DNA of 64,000 nt from Alphaproteobacteria bacterium (GTDB lineage: Bacteria; Pseudomonadota; Alphaproteobacteria; UBA828), in the NCBI GenBank assembly GCA_965220745.1, contig CBDCQT010000013.1, positions 960,001 to 1,024,000 on the forward strand, read 5' to 3'. The notes below the pieces were generated by a model. That model ran no database searches and had not been told where the DNA came from. It saw only the letters and a list, made by a program, of their open reading frames with translations. A program made the translations under genes and the position numbers. Positions 19,672 to 29,941 of the stretch are shown here, one piece after another; within the stretch, counting starts at the first letter, position 1, and each line of letters opens with the position of its first letter.

Positions 19672-20868
19672 TCAGCCCGCCATGACGGCGGCCGGGTCAC
19701 GGCCGACAATCCGGCGGTAGATGGCGGGGTCGGTCGCGCCCTCGCTGCCAATGACGAGTATCCGGGAGGCTTCGCTCAGCCCGAGCGCTTCTCGTGCCTC
19801 TGCATCGCCGGCCACGGCCATCAGCCCGCCGAGCGAGGCGGCGCCGGACTCGCCGAGCACGAGCGGCGGATCGCCGCCGATGGGCGCCGCGGCGAAGCGC
19901 ATGGCATCGACGGCGCCGGCATCGTCCAGCGCCATGAAGGCGAAGGCGCCTCGCGCGAGCACCTGCCAGGCCAGCGGAGAGACTTCGGCTGCGGCGAGGC
20001 AGGCCATCACCGTGTCGAGATCGCCCGAGGCGGGGCTCGGCTTGCCATTGACGGCGCTCTGGTAGAGACAGTCGGCGGTCGTCGGTTCCACCACCACGCC
20101 CTTCGGGCTGTCGGCCCCAAGATCCTGGCGGAAGGCACCGATCACGGCGGCGGCGAGTCCGCCGACACCGGCCTGGACGAAGAGATGGGTCGGCACCGCG
20201 CCGCTGAGCGCATTTCTGATCTCGTCCACCAGCATGGCATAGCCGTGCATGACCCGGCTCGGTGCCTCGTCGCCGCCGGCGTGGGAGGTGTCGGAGACCA
20301 GCAGCCAGCCCCTGGCGTGGGCCTCGTCGGCGCAGGCCTCCACCGCCTCGTCGTAGCTGCCGGCGATGCGCACGATGTCGGCGCCCTGCGCGGCGATGGC
20401 ACGCTCGCGACCCTCGCTCACCGGCTCAGGCAGAAACACAGTGCACTTGGCGCCGGCGCGGCGCGCACCCCAGGCCACCGCGAGTCCGTGGTTGCCGTCG
20501 GTCGCGCAGCACACCGTCATATCCTTGGCACGTGTGGCGGCCCGGCCGGCGGCAACATCCTCGATGGAGATGTCGCTTCCCAGCCGCTCGCGCAATAGGT
20601 GCACCACGGCATAGGCGCCGCCCAACGCCTTGAAGCTGCCGAGACCGAAGCGCCCGCTCTCGTCCTTGAGCCAGAGCGTTTCGATGCCGAGGGTGCCTGC
20701 GAGGCCGTCCAATCGGTGTAGCGGGGTGGGCTGGTAGCCCTCGAAGCCCGTGATCGCGGTGCGTGCTGCGGCGCGGCGCTCCGGAACGATCACCGGATCG
20801 ATATCGTCGGCGCTCCCTGGCGCGGGCGCGTAGCGCGGGTTGACGTGGAGGCGAAAGGGGACGGTCAT
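19672..20868 (-). CDS. dpaL: diaminopropionate ammonia-lyase
   Basis: PTPL, KDESGRFGLGSFKALGG (PLP lysine), ATDGNHG, QAGVGG, GESGAA, SEGATD; real start MTVPF. Confidence 0.88.
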   Translation of the reverse strand: MTVPFRLHVNPRYAPAPGSADDIDPVIVPERRAAARTAITGFEGYQPTPLHRLDGLAGTLGIETLWLKDESGRFGLGSFKALGGAYAVVHLLRERLGSDISIEDVAAGRAATRAKDMTVCCATDGNHGLAVAWGARRAGAKCTVFLPEPVSEGRERAIAAQGADIVRIAGSYDEAVEACADEAHARGWLLVSDTSHAGGDEAPSRVMHGYAMLVDEIRNALSGAVPTHLFVQAGVGGLAAAVIGAFRQDLGADSPKGVVVEPTTADCLYQSAVNGKPSPASGDLDTVMACLAAAEVSPLAWQVLARGAFAFMALDDAGAVDAMRFAAAPIGGDPPLVLGESGAASLGGLMAVAGDAEAREALGLSEASRILVIGSEGATDPAIYRRIVGRDPAAVMAG

Positions 20869-20882
20869 GGCGCGACCCCGGT

Positions 20883-21860
20883 CTAGCGCAGGTCCGCGAG
20901 CAAGGGCATGACCTCGTCCGCGAAGCGTTGCAGGTGGGCCGCCTTCTCGCTTTCCGGCGCGAGCGTGTTCACCACGAGATGACGCACGCCGACCGCGTGG
21001 AAGGCTCGGATCGCCTCCGCGACGTCCGCCGCTTCTCCGAGCGCGCAGTAGCGCTCCGCTGCTTTGGAAAAATCCATGGCGTAGCGGACACTCAGGAACT
21101 CGGCCGCGAATTCGAGAGCGGTCTCGCGGTCCTTGTCGAGCCGGACGAACAGCAGGTGCGACGTGCCGAAGCGTTCCAGGGTGCGGCCGGATTCGGTTGC
21201 GGCGGCAGCGATGGTCTCGAGTGAGCGGCGGTAGCGCTTGGGGTCGACGACGTAGGACATCCAGCCGTCCGCGAGCCGGCCGGCGCGGCGCAGCGCGGGA
21301 TCGGAGCGGCCGCCGCACCAGATCGGCGGGCCGCCCGGCCGTGCCGGCGGCGGGTCGATCGCGACTTCGGGGAAGGGGTAGAAGCGTCCGTCGTGGGCAA
21401 CCGGGCCGCCGGACCAGAGCTTGCGCAGGACGCGAATCCCCTCGCTGAGCCGGGCACCTCGCTCTTCCACTGGCACCCCGCACAGCTCGAACTCGACGGG
21501 GAACTCGCCGCCGACACCGACGCCGAAGATCACCCGGCCGTTCGAGATGGTGTCGAGGCTCGCGACCTGCTTCGCAACGGGCGCCGGATGGCGGAGCGGC
21601 AGCAGATAGACCGCCGTGCCCACGGTGAGCCGGTCGCTGATTGCAGCGGCTTGGGCGAGCTGCACCAGCGGATCGAGGATCGGACCCGCGAAGGCCACGT
21701 GATCGCCTGACCAGATCGAATCGAAACCGAGTGCATCGAGCAGACGCACGGTCTCGGGCAGGTCGCGACCGGCCGCCGCTCCCTCGGCATCGTCGTATCC
21801 CGTCGGCGCCAGCACATTCTGGTAGCCGATGCTCAGTCTCGGTTCGAGGGGCAGATCCAC
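20883..21860 (-). CDS. LLM-class flavin/F420-dependent oxidoreductase
   Basis: GFDSIWSGDH, LLPLRHP..VAKQ..SLD..S.GR..FGVGVG, PPIWCGG; GTG start after GGAG. Confidence 0.87.
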   Translation of the reverse strand: MDLPLEPRLSIGYQNVLAPTGYDDAEGAAAGRDLPETVRLLDALGFDSIWSGDHVAFAGPILDPLVQLAQAAAISDRLTVGTAVYLLPLRHPAPVAKQVASLDTISNGRVIFGVGVGGEFPVEFELCGVPVEERGARLSEGIRVLRKLWSGGPVAHDGRFYPFPEVAIDPPPARPGGPPIWCGGRSDPALRRAGRLADGWMSYVVDPKRYRRSLETIAAAATESGRTLERFGTSHLLFVRLDKDRETALEFAAEFLSVRYAMDFSKAAERYCALGEAADVAEAIRAFHAVGVRHLVVNTLAPESEKAAHLQRFADEVMPLLADLR

Positions 21861-21895
21861 ACCCGGCTCCCGCGTTGGAAAATTGGCCGCGCACT

Positions 21896-22045
21896 CTAAA
21901 GCGTTTCCGTTTCGCACGAAAACGCTCCAGCAATTCATCGCTCACGGCTGCCTGCCGTCCTGAGATTCCGCGCGCCTACCGGCGCGACAGCCCGCATGCC
22001 TCGCCACGGTCACGGTCACGGCCTGCGTCGCGCCCAGACGCGACG
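21896..22045. repeat. degenerate copy of the TTAGAGCG hairpin element
   Basis: TAAAGCGTTTCCGTTTCGCACGAAAACGCTCCAG...TCGCTCACGGCTGCC aligns with the left part of 34822-34972; right boundary approximate. Confidence 0.7.
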
Positions 22046-22170
22046 CAGCCTGGGGACATTGGTGAGAAATCAGAACTGACCGATTCGCCAATATCAGCAG
22101 ACAGGATCGCGTGTTACAGGTGGCAATTCGGTGCCCGCCTGAAGGGTCGAAGGCACCGGCGCGGGCCTCG

Positions 22171-22198
22171 CTTGACTCCCCCGGATGAGCGGGTCAAG
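22171..22198 (+). promoter_or_regulatory. CTTGAC-N16-GTCAAG dyad / promoter upstream of the ABC operon
   Basis: perfect 6-bp inverted arms; the left arm doubles as a -35 TTGAC. Confidence 0.45.
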
Positions 22199-22252
22199 TA
22201 CTGGCAGCGAGATGAGCGACGCGGCCGGCCGGCTGCGGACGAGGGAGAGACT

Positions 22253-22372
22253 GTGACTGACCGGAATCGGCCGGCGACGGTCGCGTCATCGGGCACGCGC
22301 CCACGGCCTTGCGCGCAGGACGCCACCGGCCCCAGCCCACTCGTCTTCGCGGGCATCCCGACCGGGTACTGA
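22253..22372 (+). CDS. possible 39-aa leader ORF
   Basis: GAGGGAG SD before GTG; stop lies 3 nt before the permease GTG. Confidence 0.3.
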   Translation: MTDRNRPATVASSGTRPRPCAQDATGPSPLVFAGIPTGY

Positions 22373-22375
22373 CGC

Positions 22376-23407
22376 GTGGCCGTGAGCACGGGCGAGGGGC
22401 CGACGCGGGGCGGCACCGACTACACGGTGTCGGCCGCGACGATCCGCCACTGGCGGGACGACGAGCTCCCCGAATGGTTCAAGAAGAAGCGCGGTAGCAC
22501 GCGCTCGCTGATCGTCAACCGCTGGGTGCCGCGGGTGATGGTCGGCGTGCCCATCGCGGTGCTGCTCTTCATCGTCGCCTATCCCACCGTGCAGATGGCG
22601 TACTACGCCTTCCACGACATCAACATGGTGAGCCTGTTCAAGGGCGACTACGGGCTGATCGGCTTCACCAACTTCGAGCGGGTGCTGACCTCGGACCGCT
22701 TCCACGGCTCGGTGCTCCACCTGATCCAGTACCTGTTCTTCGGCGCCGTGCTGCAGGTTGTGATCGGCACCGCGCTCGCGCTGATCCTGCACCACTGCGT
22801 GCGCAACAACGCCGCCAGGCTGGTGATCCTGGTCATCCTCGTGATGCCCATGATGCTGCCGCCCTCCATCGTGGGCGTGCTGTGGCGCTTCCTGTTCAAC
22901 CCGTCGAACGGCGCGATCAACCAAGCGCTACTCGATATCGGCCTGATTCAGGCGCATATCGAGTGGTTCCAGATCGGCGTCTCGCTCTGGACCATCACCA
23001 TCGCCGACATATGGGAATGGACCTCGCTGCCGTTCCTGATCGTCTTCAGCGGCCGATTGGGCCTGCCGCCCTCGATCTACGAGGCGGCGCGGGTGGACGG
23101 CGCCTCGCCCTTCCTCACGCTCCGGCGTATCACGCTGCCGATGCTGAAGGAGGTCATCGCCATCGCCTTCATCATCCGCTTCATGGATGCGTACAAATTC
23201 GTGGACAAGGTCTACGTCATGACTTCGGGCGGGCCGGCGCAGTCCTCGGAATTGCCCGCCTACATCGCCTATCAGCGGGGCGTGCGCGAGTTCGAGATCG
23301 GCGAGGCGGCGGCCTACGCGTGGATCATCTTCCTCTTCGCCATCATCCTGATCACGCTCTTCCTGCGCTACCTAAAGCGCGTGCTGCGCGCACAGGCGAT
23401 CGCTTGA
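22376..23407 (+). CDS. CUT1 ABC transporter permease
   Basis: GFTNF, multiple TM segments, YEAARVDGAS (EAA loop), ITLPML. Confidence 0.92.
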   Translation: MAVSTGEGPTRGGTDYTVSAATIRHWRDDELPEWFKKKRGSTRSLIVNRWVPRVMVGVPIAVLLFIVAYPTVQMAYYAFHDINMVSLFKGDYGLIGFTNFERVLTSDRFHGSVLHLIQYLFFGAVLQVVIGTALALILHHCVRNNAARLVILVILVMPMMLPPSIVGVLWRFLFNPSNGAINQALLDIGLIQAHIEWFQIGVSLWTITIADIWEWTSLPFLIVFSGRLGLPPSIYEAARVDGASPFLTLRRITLPMLKEVIAIAFIIRFMDAYKFVDKVYVMTSGGPAQSSELPAYIAYQRGVREFEIGEAAAYAWIIFLFAIILITLFLRYLKRVLRAQAIA

Positions 23408-23417
23408 GGCCGCCGGC

Positions 23418-24257
23418 ATGAGCGTCAAGCACTACAAGCTGGTCCGGCTGCTGCTGCTGATCTTCCTCGGCGTGTGGCTGGTGCTGATCATGTTCCCCTT
23501 CTACTTCCAGATCATCACCTCGCTGAAGGACGTGGCGGAGGTGAATCGGATCGAGCCCACCTTCTGGCCCGAAGTATTCGTGCTCGAGAATTACTCCGCG
23601 ATCTGGAACGAGCCCGGCAACTTCAAGTCCCTGGTGGACAGCTTCATCATCGCGACCTGCAACACCATTCTCTCGCTCTTCTTCGGCACGCTGGCGGGCT
23701 ACGCGCTGGCGCGCTTCCCGCGCCAGTCGGGCGGCGAGAACGTGGCGATGTGGATCCTGTCCAACCGCATGTTCCCGCCGGTGGCGGTGCTGCTGCCGAT
23801 GTTCTTCCTGTTCGAGGAGCTGTTCGGCACCACCGACACGCACATGGCCCTGATCATCCTCTACCTGGTCTTCAACATGCCGCTCGCGGTGTGGCTGATG
23901 ATGGTCTTCTTCCGCGACGTACCGCGCGAGCTGGAGGAGGCGGCCTACGTGGACGGCCACAAGCCGTTCAAGGTGTTCTTCACCATCACGCTGCCGCTGG
24001 TCGGGCCCGGCATGATCGCGGTCGCCATGCTGTGCTGGATCTTCTCGTGGAACGAGTACCTGTTCGCCAACATGTTCATCGGCACGGACGTGAAGACCTT
24101 CCCTGTGGTGATCCCGAGCTTCACCAGCGGCAGCCAGACGCTGTGGAACCTGGTGATGGCGTTCAGCCTGGTCGCCATGATCCCGCCGGTGGTGCTGTTC
24201 ATCATCCTGCGCCGCTACATGGTGCGCGGCCTCTCGCTCGGCGTGGTGAAGGGCTGA
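23418..24257 (+). CDS. CUT1 ABC transporter permease
   Basis: AGYALARF, PRELEEAAYVDG, FSWNEYLFA. Confidence 0.93.
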   Translation: MSVKHYKLVRLLLLIFLGVWLVLIMFPFYFQIITSLKDVAEVNRIEPTFWPEVFVLENYSAIWNEPGNFKSLVDSFIIATCNTILSLFFGTLAGYALARFPRQSGGENVAMWILSNRMFPPVAVLLPMFFLFEELFGTTDTHMALIILYLVFNMPLAVWLMMVFFRDVPRELEEAAYVDGHKPFKVFFTITLPLVGPGMIAVAMLCWIFSWNEYLFANMFIGTDVKTFPVVIPSFTSGSQTLWNLVMAFSLVAMIPPVVLFIILRRYMVRGLSLGVVKG

Positions 24258-24258
24258 G

Positions 24259-25368
24259 ATGGCGCGGCTGGAACTGCAGGGCATCTGCAAGGGGTGGGAT
24301 TATCCCATCCTGGACCAGCTCGACCTGACCATCGAGGAGGGCGAGTTCTTCTGCATCCTGGGGCCGTCCGGCATCAGCAAGACGACGCTGCTCCGCATCA
24401 TCGCTGGCCTCGAATCGCCGGATGCCGGGCGGGTAATTCTGAACGGCAAGGACATCACAGAGGTGCCGCCCTATCACCGGCCCGTGGCGCTGACCTTCGA
24501 GAGCTACGCGCTCTATCCGCACCGCAGCGTCTTCGACAACATCGCGAGCCCGCTCCGGGCGCAGAGGCTGCCGCGCAGCGAGATGGAGGCGCGCATCGCC
24601 GAGGTGGCGCGGATCCTGCGCATCGAGGAGCTGCTGCCGCGCCGGCCGAACGAGGCCTCGGGCGGCCAGATGCAGCGCATCTCGCTGGCGCGGACCTTGG
24701 TCAAGCGGCCTGAGGTCTTCCTCCTCGACGAGCCGATCAGCCATTTGGACGCGCGCATCCGATACGAGCTGCGCCAGCAGTTTCACCGCCTGGAGGCGCT
24801 GCGTACCGTGGCCACCATCTACGTGACCCACGACTACACCGAAGCGCTCTCGCTGGGCGACCGGGTCGGCATCATGGGCCGCGCGGGGCTGGTGCAGACC
24901 GGCCTGCCGCGGGACATCTTCGAGCGGCCGAACTCGCTCTTCGTGGCGCAGCACGTGGGCCAGCCGCCCATCAACCTGATCGACTGCGAACTCCGGCGCG
25001 TGGATGGCGCGCTCCACGTCGCGAGCCAGGAGACAGAGCTTTCCTACCCGCTTGCGGCCGACCATGGCGCCGCCCTGGAGGCGCGCAACGAGCCGACCCT
25101 GGTCGCCGGAATCAGGCCTCAGCACCTGGAGGCGCTGGCGGACGACGCTGACGCGGGCGGGCGGCACGTGATGGAGGGCCGCGCCGAGATTTACGAGGCG
25201 CTGGGCTCCATGGGCGTGCTGATCGCCGATGTCGGCGGTGCCAAGCTCACGGTGATCACGGCGCCCGATGCGCATGTGGAGCCGGGCCAGCCGGTGCGAA
25301 TCGCGCTCAGGACCGAGCGCGTTCACTATTTCGACATGCAGAACGGCGTATCCCTGCTCGACGGATAG
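24259..25368 (+). CDS. ABC transporter ATP-binding protein (MalK-like, atypical Walker A)
   Basis: GPSGISKTT, YALYPH, SGGQ, LLDEP, YVTHD, probable C-terminal TOBE region. Confidence 0.92.
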   Translation: MARLELQGICKGWDYPILDQLDLTIEEGEFFCILGPSGISKTTLLRIIAGLESPDAGRVILNGKDITEVPPYHRPVALTFESYALYPHRSVFDNIASPLRAQRLPRSEMEARIAEVARILRIEELLPRRPNEASGGQMQRISLARTLVKRPEVFLLDEPISHLDARIRYELRQQFHRLEALRTVATIYVTHDYTEALSLGDRVGIMGRAGLVQTGLPRDIFERPNSLFVAQHVGQPPINLIDCELRRVDGALHVASQETELSYPLAADHGAALEARNEPTLVAGIRPQHLEALADDADAGGRHVMEGRAEIYEALGSMGVLIADVGGAKLTVITAPDAHVEPGQPVRIALRTERVHYFDMQNGVSLLDG

Positions 25369-25373
25369 CGGCG

Positions 25374-26474
25374 ATGGCGGAAGTCAGGCTGAGCGAGGTC
25401 AACAAGGTCTACGAGGGCCGCGGGCAGCAGGTGCACGCGGTGCGCGACCTCGACCTCGTGGTGGAGGACGGTGAGTTCGTCTCCATCGTGGGACCCTCGG
25501 GCTGCGGCAAGTCCACCACGCTGCGCATGATCGTGGGGCTGGAGAAGGCCACGTCAGGCCAGATCCTGTTCAACGGCGACATGGTCAACGATCTCGATCC
25601 GCAGGAGCGGAACGTCGCGATGGCGTTCGAGAACTATGCGCTCTATCCCAACTTCAGTGCCGAGGAAAACATCGGCTTCCCGCTGGAGGCGCGGGGGATT
25701 CCCAAGCAGGAGCGCCGCCGCCGCGTCCACGAGCTGGCCGAGCTGCTGCAGATCGGAAACATCCTGCACCAGCATCCCAACACGCTCTCCGGCGGCCAGA
25801 AGCAGCGGGTCTCGCTGGCGCGCGCGCTGATTCGCGAGCCTGCCGCCTTCATCCTGGACGAGGTGCTGGGCCACGTGGACGGGCATCTGCGCTTCCAGAT
25901 GCTGTTCGACCTCAAGCGCCTGCACCAGTCGCTCGACAGCACGATGATCTTCGTCACCCACGATCAGATGGAGGCGATCGCGCTCTCGGACCGGATCGCG
26001 GTGCTGCACCAGGGCCGCTTGGTGCAGAGTGGCACGCGTGACGAGCTCTACGACACGCCCGCGACCCGGTTCGTCGCGGACTTCATCGGCGAGCCGCCGA
26101 CCAATTTCTTCGACGCCCGACTCGTCGAGGAAGGGGGGCAGGAAATGCTGCGCGCGGACGATCTCGCACTGCAGCCAACGGCCGAAACCGCAGGCCGTCT
26201 GCGCTCTCGCGACGACCGGCGCTATGTCGTTGGCATCCGTCCGCAAAACCTGTTATGCACGCCACGAGCGGGCACGATCAGTTTCGACGCCACGATCGAC
26301 ATCCATGAATATCTGGGGGAGCGATCCATCCTCACCCTGCGCCGGGGCGGGCTCAGCTTCCAGGCCCTGGCGTCGGCCGAAGGCTCGTGGGCCGCTGACG
26401 AGCCGATCACCCTTTACTACCGTCCCGAGGACATCATGGTGTTCGACGCGGAGTCGGAAGCTCTCATCGCCTGA
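25374..26474 (+). CDS. ABC transporter ATP-binding protein (MalK-like)
   Basis: GPSGCGKST, LSGGQKQR, ILDE, FVTHDQ. Confidence 0.93.
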   Translation: MAEVRLSEVNKVYEGRGQQVHAVRDLDLVVEDGEFVSIVGPSGCGKSTTLRMIVGLEKATSGQILFNGDMVNDLDPQERNVAMAFENYALYPNFSAEENIGFPLEARGIPKQERRRRVHELAELLQIGNILHQHPNTLSGGQKQRVSLARALIREPAAFILDEVLGHVDGHLRFQMLFDLKRLHQSLDSTMIFVTHDQMEAIALSDRIAVLHQGRLVQSGTRDELYDTPATRFVADFIGEPPTNFFDARLVEEGGQEMLRADDLALQPTAETAGRLRSRDDRRYVVGIRPQNLLCTPRAGTISFDATIDIHEYLGERSILTLRRGGLSFQALASAEGSWAADEPITLYYRPEDIMVFDAESEALIA

Positions 26475-26537
26475 GCGCGACCGGGCGGAGTGCCGAGCGG
26501 CAATGTTTGTGGGTTGAACGCAACGAGGAGACACAAA

Positions 26538-28085
26538 ATGGGAATGTTTAGTCACATTACGCGGCGCAAGTTCCTGAAAGGCGCGGCGGCCGGTGCAGCG
26601 GCCCTCGGCGCCTCGGGCGTCGCGGCACCACGGCTCGGCCGTGCGGCCCAGGCGGTGCCGCCGGGCAAGAAGCTCTTCAACGACATCGAGCTGACCTACT
26701 TCCAGGATTCCAACTGGCTGCACGCGCCGCTGTGGCTCTCCGACCACTTGATGGCGGAGGCCGGCGTCGGCATCAAGAGCCGGGAGCAGTACGACGGCGG
26801 CGACGCGGTCGCGAAGATTCTGCCGCAGCTTCTCTCCCGCAACCCGCGCTTCGACTGGGTCCAGTTCCCGAGTCTGTTCTTCGGCGCGTTCGCGGAAACC
26901 GGCCAGCTTGAGCCGCTCGACCAGTACCTCGAGAAGTACGAGGGCACGTCGGAGTATCTGGACTGGGTCATGCCCGCCTACCGCGAGTTCTACACGAAGT
27001 GGGCCGGCCAGACCTACGGCATCATGCTGGATGGTGACATCCACATCCTCCACTACCGCAAGTCCTTCTTCGAGCGGCCGGAGCTTCAGAAGAAGTTCTC
27101 CAAGCGCTTCCAGCGTGATCTCGCCGTTCCGAAGACCTGGTTCGAGTTCCTCGACGCGACGCAGTTCTTCACCGAGGAGCTGTCAGAGTCCGAGGGCGTC
27201 TATGGTTCGTCCATGGTCATCAACCCGCCGAACTTCGGCTGGGGCTTCTGGATGGACGTGGCCGCGGGCAACGGGGTCAACTACTTCGACGAGAACATGA
27301 ACCCGACGATCAACACGGCGCAGGCCGTCGAAGCGTTGGATCTGTTCAAGGAGATCGTCCAGTTCGGCCCGCCCGGGAAGGAGTCCTTGGGTCTCTCCAC
27401 CAGCATCCAGCGCTGGCAGTCGGGTGGCGACGTGATGTCGGTCTGGTGGATCGACCTCGCCGAGTTCACGGTGCAGCAGCAGGGCATGGAGCGCGCGGAG
27501 GATCAGCGCGGCGATATCGTTCCCGGCTGGCCGCAAGAGGATGGCTCGATCAACCACCGGGCGATTTCGCTCTGGTGCCGCACCGGCGCCATTCCGAAGA
27601 ACGCGCCGGAGGACGTGAAGGAAGCCGCGTTCTACTTCCTCTACCGGATGTCGCACCCGGATTATTCCGACGACATCGTGGCGGACGAGTATTGCGGTTC
27701 CGATCCGTTCGGCGTCAGCCACTACACCGACGCCGCGGCCCAGAAGTACCTGGAGCCCAACCCGCAGCGTGGGACCAACGAGCTGTGGGCCACGAACTCG
27801 GGCATCTTCCAGAACTTCGACACCTCGCGGAACCATCTGGATGCAGGCCTGAAAAACGTCGAGGTCGGCTATCCGCAGTTCTTCTGGGAAGGCGCGTCCG
27901 AGTACGGCGACGCGCTCGGCCGGAACATCCAGAAGGCGATCGCCGGCAACCTCACCAGCCAGCAGGCGCTCGACGAGGCGGCCGAGGAATGGGTCCAGAT
28001 CGTGCAGAAGCTGGGCATCGATAGTCAGAAGGCTCAGTACGCCAACTTCGTAGAGGGCGCTCGCTCGCTCGGCTACAAGATCTAG
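26538..28085 (+). CDS. Tat-exported ABC substrate-binding protein
   Basis: TRRKFLKG twin-arginine signal, LEPLD, PKTW.E, QQALDEAAEEW; GAGGAG SD. Confidence 0.88.
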   Translation: MGMFSHITRRKFLKGAAAGAAALGASGVAAPRLGRAAQAVPPGKKLFNDIELTYFQDSNWLHAPLWLSDHLMAEAGVGIKSREQYDGGDAVAKILPQLLSRNPRFDWVQFPSLFFGAFAETGQLEPLDQYLEKYEGTSEYLDWVMPAYREFYTKWAGQTYGIMLDGDIHILHYRKSFFERPELQKKFSKRFQRDLAVPKTWFEFLDATQFFTEELSESEGVYGSSMVINPPNFGWGFWMDVAAGNGVNYFDENMNPTINTAQAVEALDLFKEIVQFGPPGKESLGLSTSIQRWQSGGDVMSVWWIDLAEFTVQQQGMERAEDQRGDIVPGWPQEDGSINHRAISLWCRTGAIPKNAPEDVKEAAFYFLYRMSHPDYSDDIVADEYCGSDPFGVSHYTDAAAQKYLEPNPQRGTNELWATNSGIFQNFDTSRNHLDAGLKNVEVGYPQFFWEGASEYGDALGRNIQKAIAGNLTSQQALDEAAEEWVQIVQKLGIDSQKAQYANFVEGARSLGYKI

Positions 28086-28099
28086 GCGTAGCGTTAAGC

Positions 28100-28145
28100 G
28101 GCCGCGGTGCCGCGCCCACGAGGCGTGACGCCGCGGCCCCTTTTT
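28100..28145 (+). terminator. probable intrinsic terminator after the ABC operon
   Basis: GGCCGCGGTG / CGCCGCGGCC stem followed by CCTTTTT. Confidence 0.6.
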
Positions 28146-28219
28146 CCCTCGCACGCGGCGGGCCGGCGGAAGACCGATAGCGGGGCGACGGGCCCGATCC
28201 CCCCGCCGAAGAGCGACCG

Positions 28220-29827
<1,608 letters not shown>

Positions 29828-29941
29828 AGCGCTATTCGGCGCGGGCGGGCTTGCCTCCCTTCACCTGAAACACCACGTTAGCTACAAGGTACTCGCGCAG
29901 GCTGCGCAGCGGGCGCAGGTATCGGCAGGATGGACAACCCC

